Source: Bacteroidales bacterium (GTDB taxonomy: Bacteria; Bacteroidota; Bacteroidia; Bacteroidales; UBA3824). Taken from it: a stretch of DNA of 64,000 nucleotides. The DNA lies in contig JAEERW010000001.1 of NCBI GenBank assembly GCA_016286055.1, positions 324,189 through 388,188 on the forward strand. The letters are read 5' to 3'. The notes below the pieces were generated by a model that was not told the origin of the DNA, did not search any database, and saw nothing but the letters and a program-made list of their open reading frames with translations. Of this stretch, positions 10,701 through 18,356 are shown in pieces (the stretch's first letter is position 1; each line of letters starts with the position of its first letter). The translations under genes were made by a program, and so were the position numbers.

Positions 10701-11172
10701 TGTCAGTTTGTAAGGCTTTTTCTGCGTGTTGTGGCGTGAGGCACGAGTCGGCAGCAAAACGATATCTTGAACTATCAATAAACAGAGGAATGTTTTCTTG
10801 TACAAACTTTGCAGTGGTGTTGATTGCATTGTCGTTGGTGCGGGGTTCGATATCGGCTACTAGCGGGGAACCGGTCTTTTTTAGATAATTTGCAAAGGCG
10901 TCCATCCTGTGAGCGAGGGTGTCGGGACGGTAAACCGAGTCTTTTTGATTGATAAATATGAAGATACGAGAATTGCCTGCAGCTATACCTATAAAATTTG
11001 ACACTTTGGAATAGCCGCTTTTTTGGGGCAAGAAATCCGATATGTCTTCTCTAAAATTGAGTTGCAATGCACCCACAGTTGCCAATGCGCACACAAGTAT
11101 CATAAGCGAAAGTCTAAGTGCTTTGCGCTTTGAGAGATATCTGTATAACTTTATAAACAAACGTGTTAGCAT
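7714..11172 (-). CDS. fusion protein: MMPL/RND-type exporter domain, PlsC-type acyltransferase and a short methyltransferase-like tail
   Basis: 1152-aa ORF. Two blocks of TM helices as in MMPL exporters, then 'ANHQSSFD' (HX4D) and 'FPEGTRS' acyltransferase motifs. The last ~70 aa have 'NCGYGEIALLFA...EVTAYDPD' (SAM motif I/II-like only). The start overlaps the upstream GT2 stop (TGATG). Confidence 0.7.
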   Translation of the reverse strand: MLTRLFIKLYRYLSKRKALRLSLMILVCALATVGALQLNFREDISDFLPQKSGYSKVSNFIGIAAGNSRIFIFINQKDSVYRPDTLAHRMDAFANYLKKTGSPLVADIEPRTNDNAINTTAKFVQENIPLFIDSSRYRFAADSCLTPQHAEKALQTDKTILQSPTPGYVKNVVQSDPLGLFVNVLSDLQSFKPASGYTLYNGYIMEPEMKRGVIFFDSPTGMSESGVNAQIVELMQNAANKFQNLYPDTEVNIFGPPVIAVCNAAQIKKDSLITSVLSIVLILIILWFSIRNIRNLLVMGITLAFGFAVAAAMSWIMFGGISIIALGICAVFTGIAANYPLHFITHYYHTDNMEQNIREIASPLITGNVTTVAAFLALIFADSPALRDLGFAGGILLIAAILFTLIFCPHLVQKIDTNRLSSKCGINLSFNFLQKKYVIIPVLVVTPVLVWLGTKTQFDGEMSRLNYMTPSLRAEAAHTFGMMNSDSAISVYVATTGNNIEEALQRYEKAAPIADSLLKTNMIQKVSGIGNFLPSKKLQQHRINLWNSFTNTYRDSILNLIEFHAEQQKVNKNYFHKAEKILKDTFEVKDYAFFEPLLNTGAGGYITLDSSCSAVITILRVKPELAKQVTECFAGLDPDISAFDERIVSQTLTDSLSDNFNFVLFSAGFIVFIFLTISFGRAELSVISFIPLTVSWFWILGIMYLTGISFNIVNIILATFIFGQGDDYTVFITEGLIYEHSRGRKVLDSFKNSVAISSLIMFVGIGSLIFAQHPAMKSLGVVVVIGMFSVVAAAYIFPPMLYNFLVKERDGSPRQFPYTFRSMAGSLFYFLRFLWICFWMRMYTIFVKNREKIHFKMYQYVQMIYDAPRVKFEVNNPYGEDFSKPCLIIANHQSSFDILAIKSLSHKILFLTNDAQQKNFIYGSFLKKVDFHPSSLGYDVLVEKFKPLVAQGYSIVVFPEGTRSTNGTIHRFHQGAFYLAKQLELDIVPIVLLGLNLVFKKGGLIVNPGKMVLEIGKRAGADNPLCAETTLETARNFRHYIIDYMEGMRKQHQNKDYYLPLVYHNYLYKGSEIANTVKKSLNGDLSFIDSFTGNTKVFNNCGYGEIALLFALVHPETEVTAYDPDPDKILVAKNCVSVPANLKYSSQICDTL

Positions 11173-11951
11173 CAGCTTTTGATTTTTTTAGCTATGTAAT
11201 GCACAAGCATCGATGGATAGCCGTAAAATATTGCCGCAAAGGTAAAAAATGTATTTAATATACTGATACGTGTAAAGTCTCTTGTTGGACGAAAAGAAGA
11301 AACTCTTTCTTCTTTAGGTGGATAAAGCACGTCGATATCAACACTACGAATATCAACGCCACTCCATGCACATCTTACAAGCATTTCGAGTTCGGTTTCG
11401 TATTTCGACGAAAATATATGCATTTTTGCAATCTTGTTGACAGGATAAAGACGAAATCCTGTTTGTGTGTCTTTTAAATGGTGCAGGGTGTGCACTGTGA
11501 ACCAAAAATTTGAGAATTTGTTTGCAAACGAACTGCTTTGGTTAATCTCTTTTCCTTCAAAACTTCTAGCGCCAACCACCAGGGAGCCGGGGTATTGAGC
11601 TATTTCAGCAGTGAATTTAGGAAGGTCGGATGGGTGGTGCTGGCTGTCGGAGTCGATAGTTATGGCATATTTAAACCCCTTTTGTTGCGCATGTCTAAAT
11701 CCTGTCATCAGTGCCACACCCTTGCCCATGTTTTTGGGGTGGGTTAAAACTGTGATTCTATTGTTGTATTCATTGAGAATTTGAGCAGTATTGTCGGGTG
11801 AACCGTCGTTAACCACAATTAGGTTGTTGGTGTAGTTGAGAATGTCGTTGATAACCGAGTTTAGAAACTTTGCATTACGGTATGTGGGCATCAGTACACA
11901 GATGCTCAGGTTGTTAAATAGCTCTACTGATTGGGCGTTAGGGGTCAACAT
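11172..11951 (-). CDS. family 2 glycosyltransferase (GtrB/ArnC/DPM1-like polyprenyl-phosphate glycosyltransferase)
   Basis: 'VLMPTYRNAKFL', 'VVNDGSPDNT', 'DSD' and a C-terminal TM segment. Confidence 0.85.
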   Translation of the reverse strand: MLTPNAQSVELFNNLSICVLMPTYRNAKFLNSVINDILNYTNNLIVVNDGSPDNTAQILNEYNNRITVLTHPKNMGKGVALMTGFRHAQQKGFKYAITIDSDSQHHPSDLPKFTAEIAQYPGSLVVGARSFEGKEINQSSSFANKFSNFWFTVHTLHHLKDTQTGFRLYPVNKIAKMHIFSSKYETELEMLVRCAWSGVDIRSVDIDVLYPPKEERVSSFRPTRDFTRISILNTFFTFAAIFYGYPSMLVHYIAKKIKS

Positions 11952-11962
11952 AGTTAAAGTTG

Positions 11963-12964
11963 CTAATTGTTATTCTCTGTTTGGATGTAAACCTCTATTA
12001 ATTTTGTACTTCCTTCCGGAAAGAAACGGAGGTTTTTGATAGCTGCAGGCACAAGCACAGTTTCGCCGCAAACAAGGTCGATACTGTCGTTGCCTTCGCC
12101 GTATTCTATTCGGCATCCGCCATCCACACATATATATATTATAAAGGAGTCGATTTCTGGGAAGTCGCGTTCCTCAGGCATATCAAACTCAAATATATTG
12201 GTTGTGAAGTATTTGCAGTCGATGATGTTGACCGGCTCGTTGTTTTTGGGCGTGTATTCCTGCTTGGTGTTGTTTACGCACTCAAAATCCATAGCGTCGG
12301 CAGCGAGGTCGGTGTGCAGTTCGCGTGGATTACCGTCGTCATCTAAGCGGTTGTAGTCAAAAATTCTGTAAGTTATGTCGCTGGCCTGCTGCACCTCGCA
12401 CAATAGCACGCCCTTGCCAATGGCGTGAACGCATCCTGGCGGCACAAAAAACACGTCACCGTTTTCTACTTTCAAGATATTGAGCATATTATGCAGACCT
12501 CCGTTTTCAACAGCCTCCACATACTCCTCTTTCGAAAGTTTGCGGTTTAGACCCGCCACAAGCTGCGAACCCTCTTCGGCATGAATCACATACCACATCT
12601 CAGTTTTTCCTGGGCAGTTGTGCCTTTTCCAAGCGAGGTCGTCGCCAGGATGCACCTGAACCGAAAGATCGTCGGAAGCGTCGATAAACTTGACAAGCAG
12701 CGGAAAAGAGTTTCCGAAAGTTTCGTATACCGAATCGCCTACGAGGTCGCCCATATAAACTTCTATCAGTTCGTCGAGATTGTTGCCCTTCAAAAAACCG
12801 TTGCTCACAACCGACAGGTCGCCCTCAACACCGCTCACCTCCCAGCTTTCGCCACAGTGAAGTGGTATCTCCTTGCGCTTGAATAGTTTCTCAAACTTGT
12901 TTCCGCCCCAGATCTTGGTCTTGTAGATCGGTATAAATTTTAGCGGGTATAAATCTTTGCTCAT
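11963..12964 (-). CDS. manA: class I mannose-6-phosphate isomerase
   Basis: 'KIWGG', 'SVQVHPGDD', 'KTEMWYV' and 'HAIGKGVLLCEVQQASDITYRIFDYNR' are typical of type I PMI. Confidence 0.85.
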   Translation of the reverse strand: MSKDLYPLKFIPIYKTKIWGGNKFEKLFKRKEIPLHCGESWEVSGVEGDLSVVSNGFLKGNNLDELIEVYMGDLVGDSVYETFGNSFPLLVKFIDASDDLSVQVHPGDDLAWKRHNCPGKTEMWYVIHAEEGSQLVAGLNRKLSKEEYVEAVENGGLHNMLNILKVENGDVFFVPPGCVHAIGKGVLLCEVQQASDITYRIFDYNRLDDDGNPRELHTDLAADAMDFECVNNTKQEYTPKNNEPVNIIDCKYFTTNIFEFDMPEERDFPEIDSFIIYICVDGGCRIEYGEGNDSIDLVCGETVLVPAAIKNLRFFPEGSTKLIEVYIQTENNN

Positions 12965-12998
12965 TATATTATCGCAGAAAAATTTTTATATTCGGTAC

Positions 12999-13014
12999 TA
13001 AATTTGTACATTTG
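12999..13014 (+). promoter_or_regulatory. two adjacent -7 boxes (TAaaTTTG, TAcaTTTG) far upstream of the sensor gene
   Basis: Exact matches at 12999-13006 and 13007-13014. They imply a leader of about 215 nt before ATG 13238. Confidence 0.3.
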
Positions 13015-13040
13015 CAATCAATAGCAAACAAAAAACGGGT

Positions 13041-13048
13041 CAAAAGTA
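13041..13048 (-). promoter_or_regulatory. -7 box TActTTTG upstream of manA
   Basis: caaaagta on plus, about 77 nt upstream of the ATG at 12964. Confidence 0.35.
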
Positions 13049-13237
13049 ATCCTTTTTTCCCGAATAACACAATAAAGATTGGTAATATTATCAAAATTAC
13101 CTCTTTATTTTGCTATAAAACAATTAATTAGAAAAAAAAATTTTTCTTTATAAAAAATTTTGACATTAAAATATAATTTTATAATTTTAGTAGCCTATAT
13201 TTTACGTATAGCGGACTGAAAAACAAAGTTGATATTT

Positions 13238-16039
13238 ATGAAAAAGTTTAAGCTCTCCATAAAGTCGAAGTTTAGGTTATTCCTGCTGATAACCCTGCTG
13301 CCGTTTGTTATTGTGTCAGTGATATTTGTGGTTCTGTTGGGAAGAAACAAGGCTTACGAAGACTATGAGCAGAAAGTGCTCACCATCAAGTTAGAATACC
13401 TTAAATTAAAAGAGTATGAGCAGTCGTTCCTGCTTTACTACACCACCGACAATACGTTTTTCAAGACAAATGAAAACGAATACCTCCGCAAATTTGAGTT
13501 AGAGCAAAAGCAGATTAACAAAAATTTCGACGAACTGCTTAACCTTCCTGCCACCGCTACTCTCGACCTCAACAACAACATCTATATGTTGAAAGAGAAC
13601 GCAACTTCGTATGGCGATCTTTTGAAACTTGTTGCATCAAAATTTTACAAGCGAGGCTCATACACCACTGGTATTATTGGTGAAATAGAGCGTAGTTATG
13701 CCACTGCCGTTTCGCAGAAATCGTTGCCAGCGCCTATCTTGTCGTCGCTTAAAGAGATGGAGGTGCAGTATCTTAACCGCAAAGACGCCGCCTACTACAA
13801 CGACTTTATCAATATTTACACTTTGAATATGGGCTCTGCTGCCATTGTGGAACCCGAGCCTGTTCCTATTGTGGTGGCATCTCGTGATTCTTCGCAATCT
13901 GATTCTGCATCAGTTGCGCCTATTGCTGTTCAGCAACCTCAGCCTAAAGCTAAGAACAAAAACAGCGAAAAACTTAAACCTGTTAACGATTTCAAGAGAT
14001 TTTTTACTTCGCTTGTTAAAATCGACAAGGAGATAGGTTTCAACCGTGAAGAGGGTCTCTTGTTCGACCTTCAGGTAGAAAAATCAAAACTCGACGACAT
14101 CGACTCTATCCTCACCAAGATTTCAGAGCAGAAAGAGCAGACAGCCTCTACCACAAGGCTTCTCCTTATTATAATAGCGATACTGATTATTTTGGCACTG
14201 GCTATTGCTATTGCCAAGTTCTCTAATAAGATTACATCGGCAATCTCCAAAATCAGTGGATACGTTAACGCACTCAGCAAGGGTATTATTCCCGATGAGG
14301 AAATCAAATGCAACACCAACGACGAACTTGCAGATATGGCTGTGGAACTCAACACATTTGCCCACGGTCTTAAAGAAACAACCCAGTTTGCAAGTAGCAT
14401 CGGTAGCGGCAACTTGGACACCGAATTTAAGCCCCTCAGCGAAAACGACTTGCTTGGTAACTCGCTTTTGGAAATGCGTAGCAACCTTTACAAATCGCAG
14501 CAGGAAGACGAAAAACGTCAGCGTGAGGACAGCTTGCGCAAGTGGGCTAACGAAGGTCTTACACAGTTTTCTGAAATCTTGCGTCAAAGCACAAGCAATA
14601 TCAACGACCTTGCCAACAACGTCCTTAAAAATCTTATTCACTTTTTGGACGCTAACCAAGGAGGCCTTTTCCTTTACAACGACAACAATAAAAACGACGT
14701 TTACCTCGAACTCGTATCCTCATACGCCTACAACCAAGAGCGCAAGAAGAAAAAGAAAATCTATCTTGGCGAGGGCTTGATTGGTACATGTGCTATTGAA
14801 AAATCGTATGTCTATCTTACCGACCTTCCCAACGACTATCTGTCGATAACATCAGGCTTGGGTGGTGCAAACCCCAACTGCTTGCTTATCATGCCATTGA
14901 AGGTTGAGGAACAGATTTTTGGTGTAATGGAGATTGCATCGTTTAAGAAGATGGAAAAACACGAAATCGACTTTGTGGAGAAGGTTTCGGAATCTATCGC
15001 ATCCACACTTTCAATTGCCAAAATCAACCAGAGAACTGCAGAACTCCTCGCACAGTCGCAGCAGCAAGCCGAAGAAATGGCTTCGCAAGAGGAGGAGATG
15101 CGTCAAAACCTCGAAGAACTTCAAGCCACACAAGAGGAGTCGGCACGCAAGGAGGCAGAGATGCAGAGTATTCTCAACGCTGTTAACAGTTCGTCGCTCG
15201 TTATTGAGTACGACCTCACCGGCAACATCACAAGCGTGAACGAGGCTTTCTGTAAGGCTATGAATCTGCAGCGCGAACAAACCATCGGACGCACCCTCGA
15301 CGAGTATCGCGACAGCACTGAGGAAAACTCTTTGCAAGACGCCGATTTCTGGAGCCGTGTTCGTGATGGCGAGGTGGTGAAACGTACCGACAAATATGTG
15401 ACAGGTGGTGAGGAACATTGGCTTCACCAAGTGTTTACACCTATTATCGACAGCGATGGATTCCCCTATAAAATTCTCAACATGGCCACCGATATTACTG
15501 CAAGCAAAAAGCAGGAAATCGAACTTAAAGTTCAGGCCGACAAGATGGCTGCACAAGAAGAAGTAATGAGGCACAACCTCGAAGAATTGCAACATGCTCA
15601 ACAGGCTATGGCAGCTCAGCAGGAGGAACTCAACGAAGCCAACCAGAAACTCCACGACAACGAGTCGAACCTTATAAGCGCAATAGAAAAATCCAAGGCG
15701 CAAGAAAAAGAGCTTCAAGAAAAAGTGGAAGAATTGAACAAACTTCACAAAGAACTTGAAATTCAGCAAGCTGAGATACTTGAACAGAACCGCGAATTGC
15801 AAGAGAGAGAAAAAGTTCAAACCAAGGCACTTCAAAATGCCGACCGCAATCTTGAACGCACTAGAATGAAGATTATGGCAGAGTTTGTACACAATCTCGA
15901 ACGTCACGTTGCTGTAATGGAGGAGGCCGAGCAAATCTTGCGCCGAAACAAAAACAATGTTCCGGCTGAGGTTATCAATACAATATCCGACTTGAAAAAT
16001 CAGTTTATGATATTGATTACCAAGTATAAATTTGAATAG
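13238..16039 (+). CDS. membrane sensor protein: extracytoplasmic domain, TM, HAMP, GAF, PAS and a long coiled coil, with no recognisable output domain
   Basis: ATG at 13238 (track ORF starts at TTG 13229). Two TM segments, a HAMP-like stretch after TM2 and a GAF-like block ('LIGTCAIEKSYVYLTD...IFGVMEIASF'). PAS-like block ('VIEYDLTGNITSVNEAFCKAMNL...'). Heptad-rich C-terminus. No H-box/ATPase, GGDEF, EAL or HTH seen. Confidence 0.7.
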   Translation: MKKFKLSIKSKFRLFLLITLLPFVIVSVIFVVLLGRNKAYEDYEQKVLTIKLEYLKLKEYEQSFLLYYTTDNTFFKTNENEYLRKFELEQKQINKNFDELLNLPATATLDLNNNIYMLKENATSYGDLLKLVASKFYKRGSYTTGIIGEIERSYATAVSQKSLPAPILSSLKEMEVQYLNRKDAAYYNDFINIYTLNMGSAAIVEPEPVPIVVASRDSSQSDSASVAPIAVQQPQPKAKNKNSEKLKPVNDFKRFFTSLVKIDKEIGFNREEGLLFDLQVEKSKLDDIDSILTKISEQKEQTASTTRLLLIIIAILIILALAIAIAKFSNKITSAISKISGYVNALSKGIIPDEEIKCNTNDELADMAVELNTFAHGLKETTQFASSIGSGNLDTEFKPLSENDLLGNSLLEMRSNLYKSQQEDEKRQREDSLRKWANEGLTQFSEILRQSTSNINDLANNVLKNLIHFLDANQGGLFLYNDNNKNDVYLELVSSYAYNQERKKKKKIYLGEGLIGTCAIEKSYVYLTDLPNDYLSITSGLGGANPNCLLIMPLKVEEQIFGVMEIASFKKMEKHEIDFVEKVSESIASTLSIAKINQRTAELLAQSQQQAEEMASQEEEMRQNLEELQATQEESARKEAEMQSILNAVNSSSLVIEYDLTGNITSVNEAFCKAMNLQREQTIGRTLDEYRDSTEENSLQDADFWSRVRDGEVVKRTDKYVTGGEEHWLHQVFTPIIDSDGFPYKILNMATDITASKKQEIELKVQADKMAAQEEVMRHNLEELQHAQQAMAAQQEELNEANQKLHDNESNLISAIEKSKAQEKELQEKVEELNKLHKELEIQQAEILEQNRELQEREKVQTKALQNADRNLERTRMKIMAEFVHNLERHVAVMEEAEQILRRNKNNVPAEVINTISDLKNQFMILITKYKFE

Positions 16040-16099
16040 TTATACTGATTATGGTTGATTGTATTTTGGAATAATTACTTTTTGGTTTTACATAAGGAT

Positions 16100-16195
16100 T
16101 GAATAGTTATTATTTATTATTATTTGTTTTTTGATTTATTTTTTTATTCTTATTTATTGATTTTTATTGTTATTGATTTTATTGTTATTGATTTT
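16100..16195. repeat. T-rich, C-poor degenerate 15-bp tandem repeat (attgttattgatttt)
   Basis: Perfect copies at 16166-16180 and 16181-16195, degenerate copies upstream. Lies between the sensor-gene stop and its terminator. Confidence 0.8.
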
Positions 16196-16196
16196 G

Positions 16197-16230
16197 GCCG
16201 TTTTCCATCCCCCCTGGGAAACGGCTTTTT
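16197..16230 (+). terminator. rho-independent terminator of the sensor gene
   Basis: 10-bp stem gccgttttcc (16197-16206) / gggaaacggc (16216-16225) including one G-U pair, 9-nt loop, then TTTTTATTTT. Confidence 0.8.
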
Positions 16231-16304
16231 ATTTTGTGAGATGATGATGTATGGCATTATTTTAGTATATTATTTTGTGAATTTAGTAAAATAAAGTGCA
16301 GATT

Positions 16305-17225
16305 ATGAAAAATATAATTGAGAAGCTAACTCTTTTATTGATAATAATATCGGCTGTTGTTTTGCAATCGTGCAAAAACGAAAACCGTAATATGTCGCAA
16401 ACACAAACCGAGTTTTCCGACGAGGATTATGAGGCGCGACATACCGAAGCCCCAGTTTTTAGTGGGGTACGGTTGCTGTCGCAACATCGAGGGTTCAAGA
16501 TTCCAGAATCAGCTGCGGTTGATAGTCGCAACAACTATATTTATGTGTCGAATATCAATGGAGAACCCGATGAAAAAAACGGGATGGGATATGTTACAAG
16601 AATTATGCTTTCGGGAGAAATCATTGATACGCTTAATATTCAAGGTTTAAACGCACCTAAGGGAATGGCGTTGTCGGGAAATTTGCTATTTATTGCCGAT
16701 ATCGACCGTGTGGTGGTTTACGATACCGACAGCCAAAAGATTGTGAAAATATTTGAACCGCAAGGCGCTGAATTTCTCAACGATATTTCAATAGATGCCG
16801 AGAATAATATCTATATTTCCGATTCAAAAGCCGGTCAGTTGTTTAAAATTACCTCTGATAAGATTGAAACCTATATTGCAGATTCGCTTTGTGTAAATGC
16901 AAACGGATTGTGCCGTTGTGATGCGTGTTTGGCAATGGGTGCGGGGGATAAAATTGTAATAATCAATCCTTTGAATGCCAACAAAAAAGTATTTGCCAAT
17001 CTAAACTTCACACCCGACGGACTTAAATATCACAACGACACCACTTTTATAGCCTCTGATTTTGTTGGCAACATATTTGCCGTTACTCCTAAGCGTTGCA
17101 CTCTGTTGGTGTCGGCTCGCGAAGGTGTCAACGCTGCCGACTTTGAATATTTGTCTGAACAAAACATTCTTATCGTTCCTACGTTTTTTAACAATAGTAT
17201 AGATATTTACGAAATTGGTTTATGA
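16305..17225 (+). CDS. lipoprotein, probable beta-propeller (SMP-30/NHL-like) protein
   Basis: ATG at 16305. 'LLLIIISAVVLQSC' lipobox. Repeated 'D..G..Y(I/V)(S/A)D' strand motifs suggest a propeller. Function not recognised. Confidence 0.45.
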   Translation: MKNIIEKLTLLLIIISAVVLQSCKNENRNMSQTQTEFSDEDYEARHTEAPVFSGVRLLSQHRGFKIPESAAVDSRNNYIYVSNINGEPDEKNGMGYVTRIMLSGEIIDTLNIQGLNAPKGMALSGNLLFIADIDRVVVYDTDSQKIVKIFEPQGAEFLNDISIDAENNIYISDSKAGQLFKITSDKIETYIADSLCVNANGLCRCDACLAMGAGDKIVIINPLNANKKVFANLNFTPDGLKYHNDTTFIASDFVGNIFAVTPKRCTLLVSAREGVNAADFEYLSEQNILIVPTFFNNSIDIYEIGL

Positions 17226-18298
17226 AAAAACTACACCTTATATATATAGTAACATTTTTGTTGGCATTTTCTGTAACTGCCACGGCTCAGCCTATGGCGC
17301 AGTTTGCCGAAACTGAGTTTGACTTTGGCAACATTGGCGAACTTGATGGTGCTGTTACTCACCGATTTGTGTACAAAAATACGGGCGATAAGCCTTTGGT
17401 GGTATCTAAGGTTTATACCTCGTGCGGCTGCACTTCGCCGGCGTGGAGCAAAGAGCCTGTGATGCCGGGGCAGGAGGGTTATGTGGATGCTACTTTCGAC
17501 CCGCGCGACCGACCAGGGGCTTTTACCAAAAGCATTACCGTGATGCACAATGGCAAAAGTATCCAAGATGTGCTTTATATTTCGGGCAATGTGCAGCCTC
17601 GCCCTGAGCCTGTTTCTGCTGAATATCCTTACACGTTTTTTGATTTGCGGTTGAAGAAAACCACTGTTAATTTTGGCAGTGTTTCAAAAGGCGAAACCGT
17701 AAAACAGACAATCGAAATTTACAATCCCACCAAAGCCGACCTTGTGGTTGAGCCCGACAATGATAAAATACCTCAATATCTGTCGCTTACAGTGTCGCCA
17801 AAGGTTCTGAAACCCGGAGCAAAGGGTGAAATCAAAGCCGAGTTTGCCACAAAAAAATGCGACGGTTGGGACTATTTTGATTTTCAGGCCGGTATTTTGG
17901 TTAACACATATTCTTACAAATTAAACTTCAAATCTATTATCACAGAGAAGTTTACCGCCGAGCAAATAAAGAATCCTCCTTTGATTGAGTTCCCAAACGG
18001 CAAGGATGTTTCTTTTAAGAATGTGGAAAAAGAATCAACTGTATATCAGAAGTTAACATATTCTAACACTGGTACTTCGCCACTTGAAATACGTGCTGTA
18101 AGAAATTTTTCTGACTGTGTATCTTACAAAATCAACACGCCTGTGGTGCAGCCCGGCGAAAACGGCACTATCACAATTTTTTTCAACGCAGAAGGTAAAA
18201 AGAATTTGGTAACCAAATACTTAACTCTTGTTACCAATAGTCCTCTGAGCGGACACGACAATGTGGTGTTGAAAATTTCGGCACAGATTGCAGAGTGA
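17222..18298 (+). CDS. DUF1573 domain-containing protein (three tandem Ig-like DUF1573-type domains)
   Basis: Signal peptide. First domain 'FDFGNI..G..V.H.F.YKNTGDKPLVV..V.TSCGCT' is the DUF1573 signature, with two further related repeats. ATGA overlap with the upstream gene. Confidence 0.75.
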   Translation: MKKLHLIYIVTFLLAFSVTATAQPMAQFAETEFDFGNIGELDGAVTHRFVYKNTGDKPLVVSKVYTSCGCTSPAWSKEPVMPGQEGYVDATFDPRDRPGAFTKSITVMHNGKSIQDVLYISGNVQPRPEPVSAEYPYTFFDLRLKKTTVNFGSVSKGETVKQTIEIYNPTKADLVVEPDNDKIPQYLSLTVSPKVLKPGAKGEIKAEFATKKCDGWDYFDFQAGILVNTYSYKLNFKSIITEKFTAEQIKNPPLIEFPNGKDVSFKNVEKESTVYQKLTYSNTGTSPLEIRAVRNFSDCVSYKINTPVVQPGENGTITIFFNAEGKKNLVTKYLTLVTNSPLSGHDNVVLKISAQIAE

Positions 18299-18356
18299 TT
18301 TTGATACATCGCAAGCCGTTTTTTATTATATTTGCATTCATCAATGCCGTACTGTT

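Noticed and set aside
15011-15934. 307-aa minus-strand ORF (and other long ORFs at 14071-14780) inside the sensor gene
   Set aside because: Mirror-image ORFs produced by the Glu/Gln/Leu/Lys-rich coiled-coil coding sequence. The translation is low-complexity Phe/Leu-rich, while the plus-strand frame has clear HAMP, GAF and PAS motifs.
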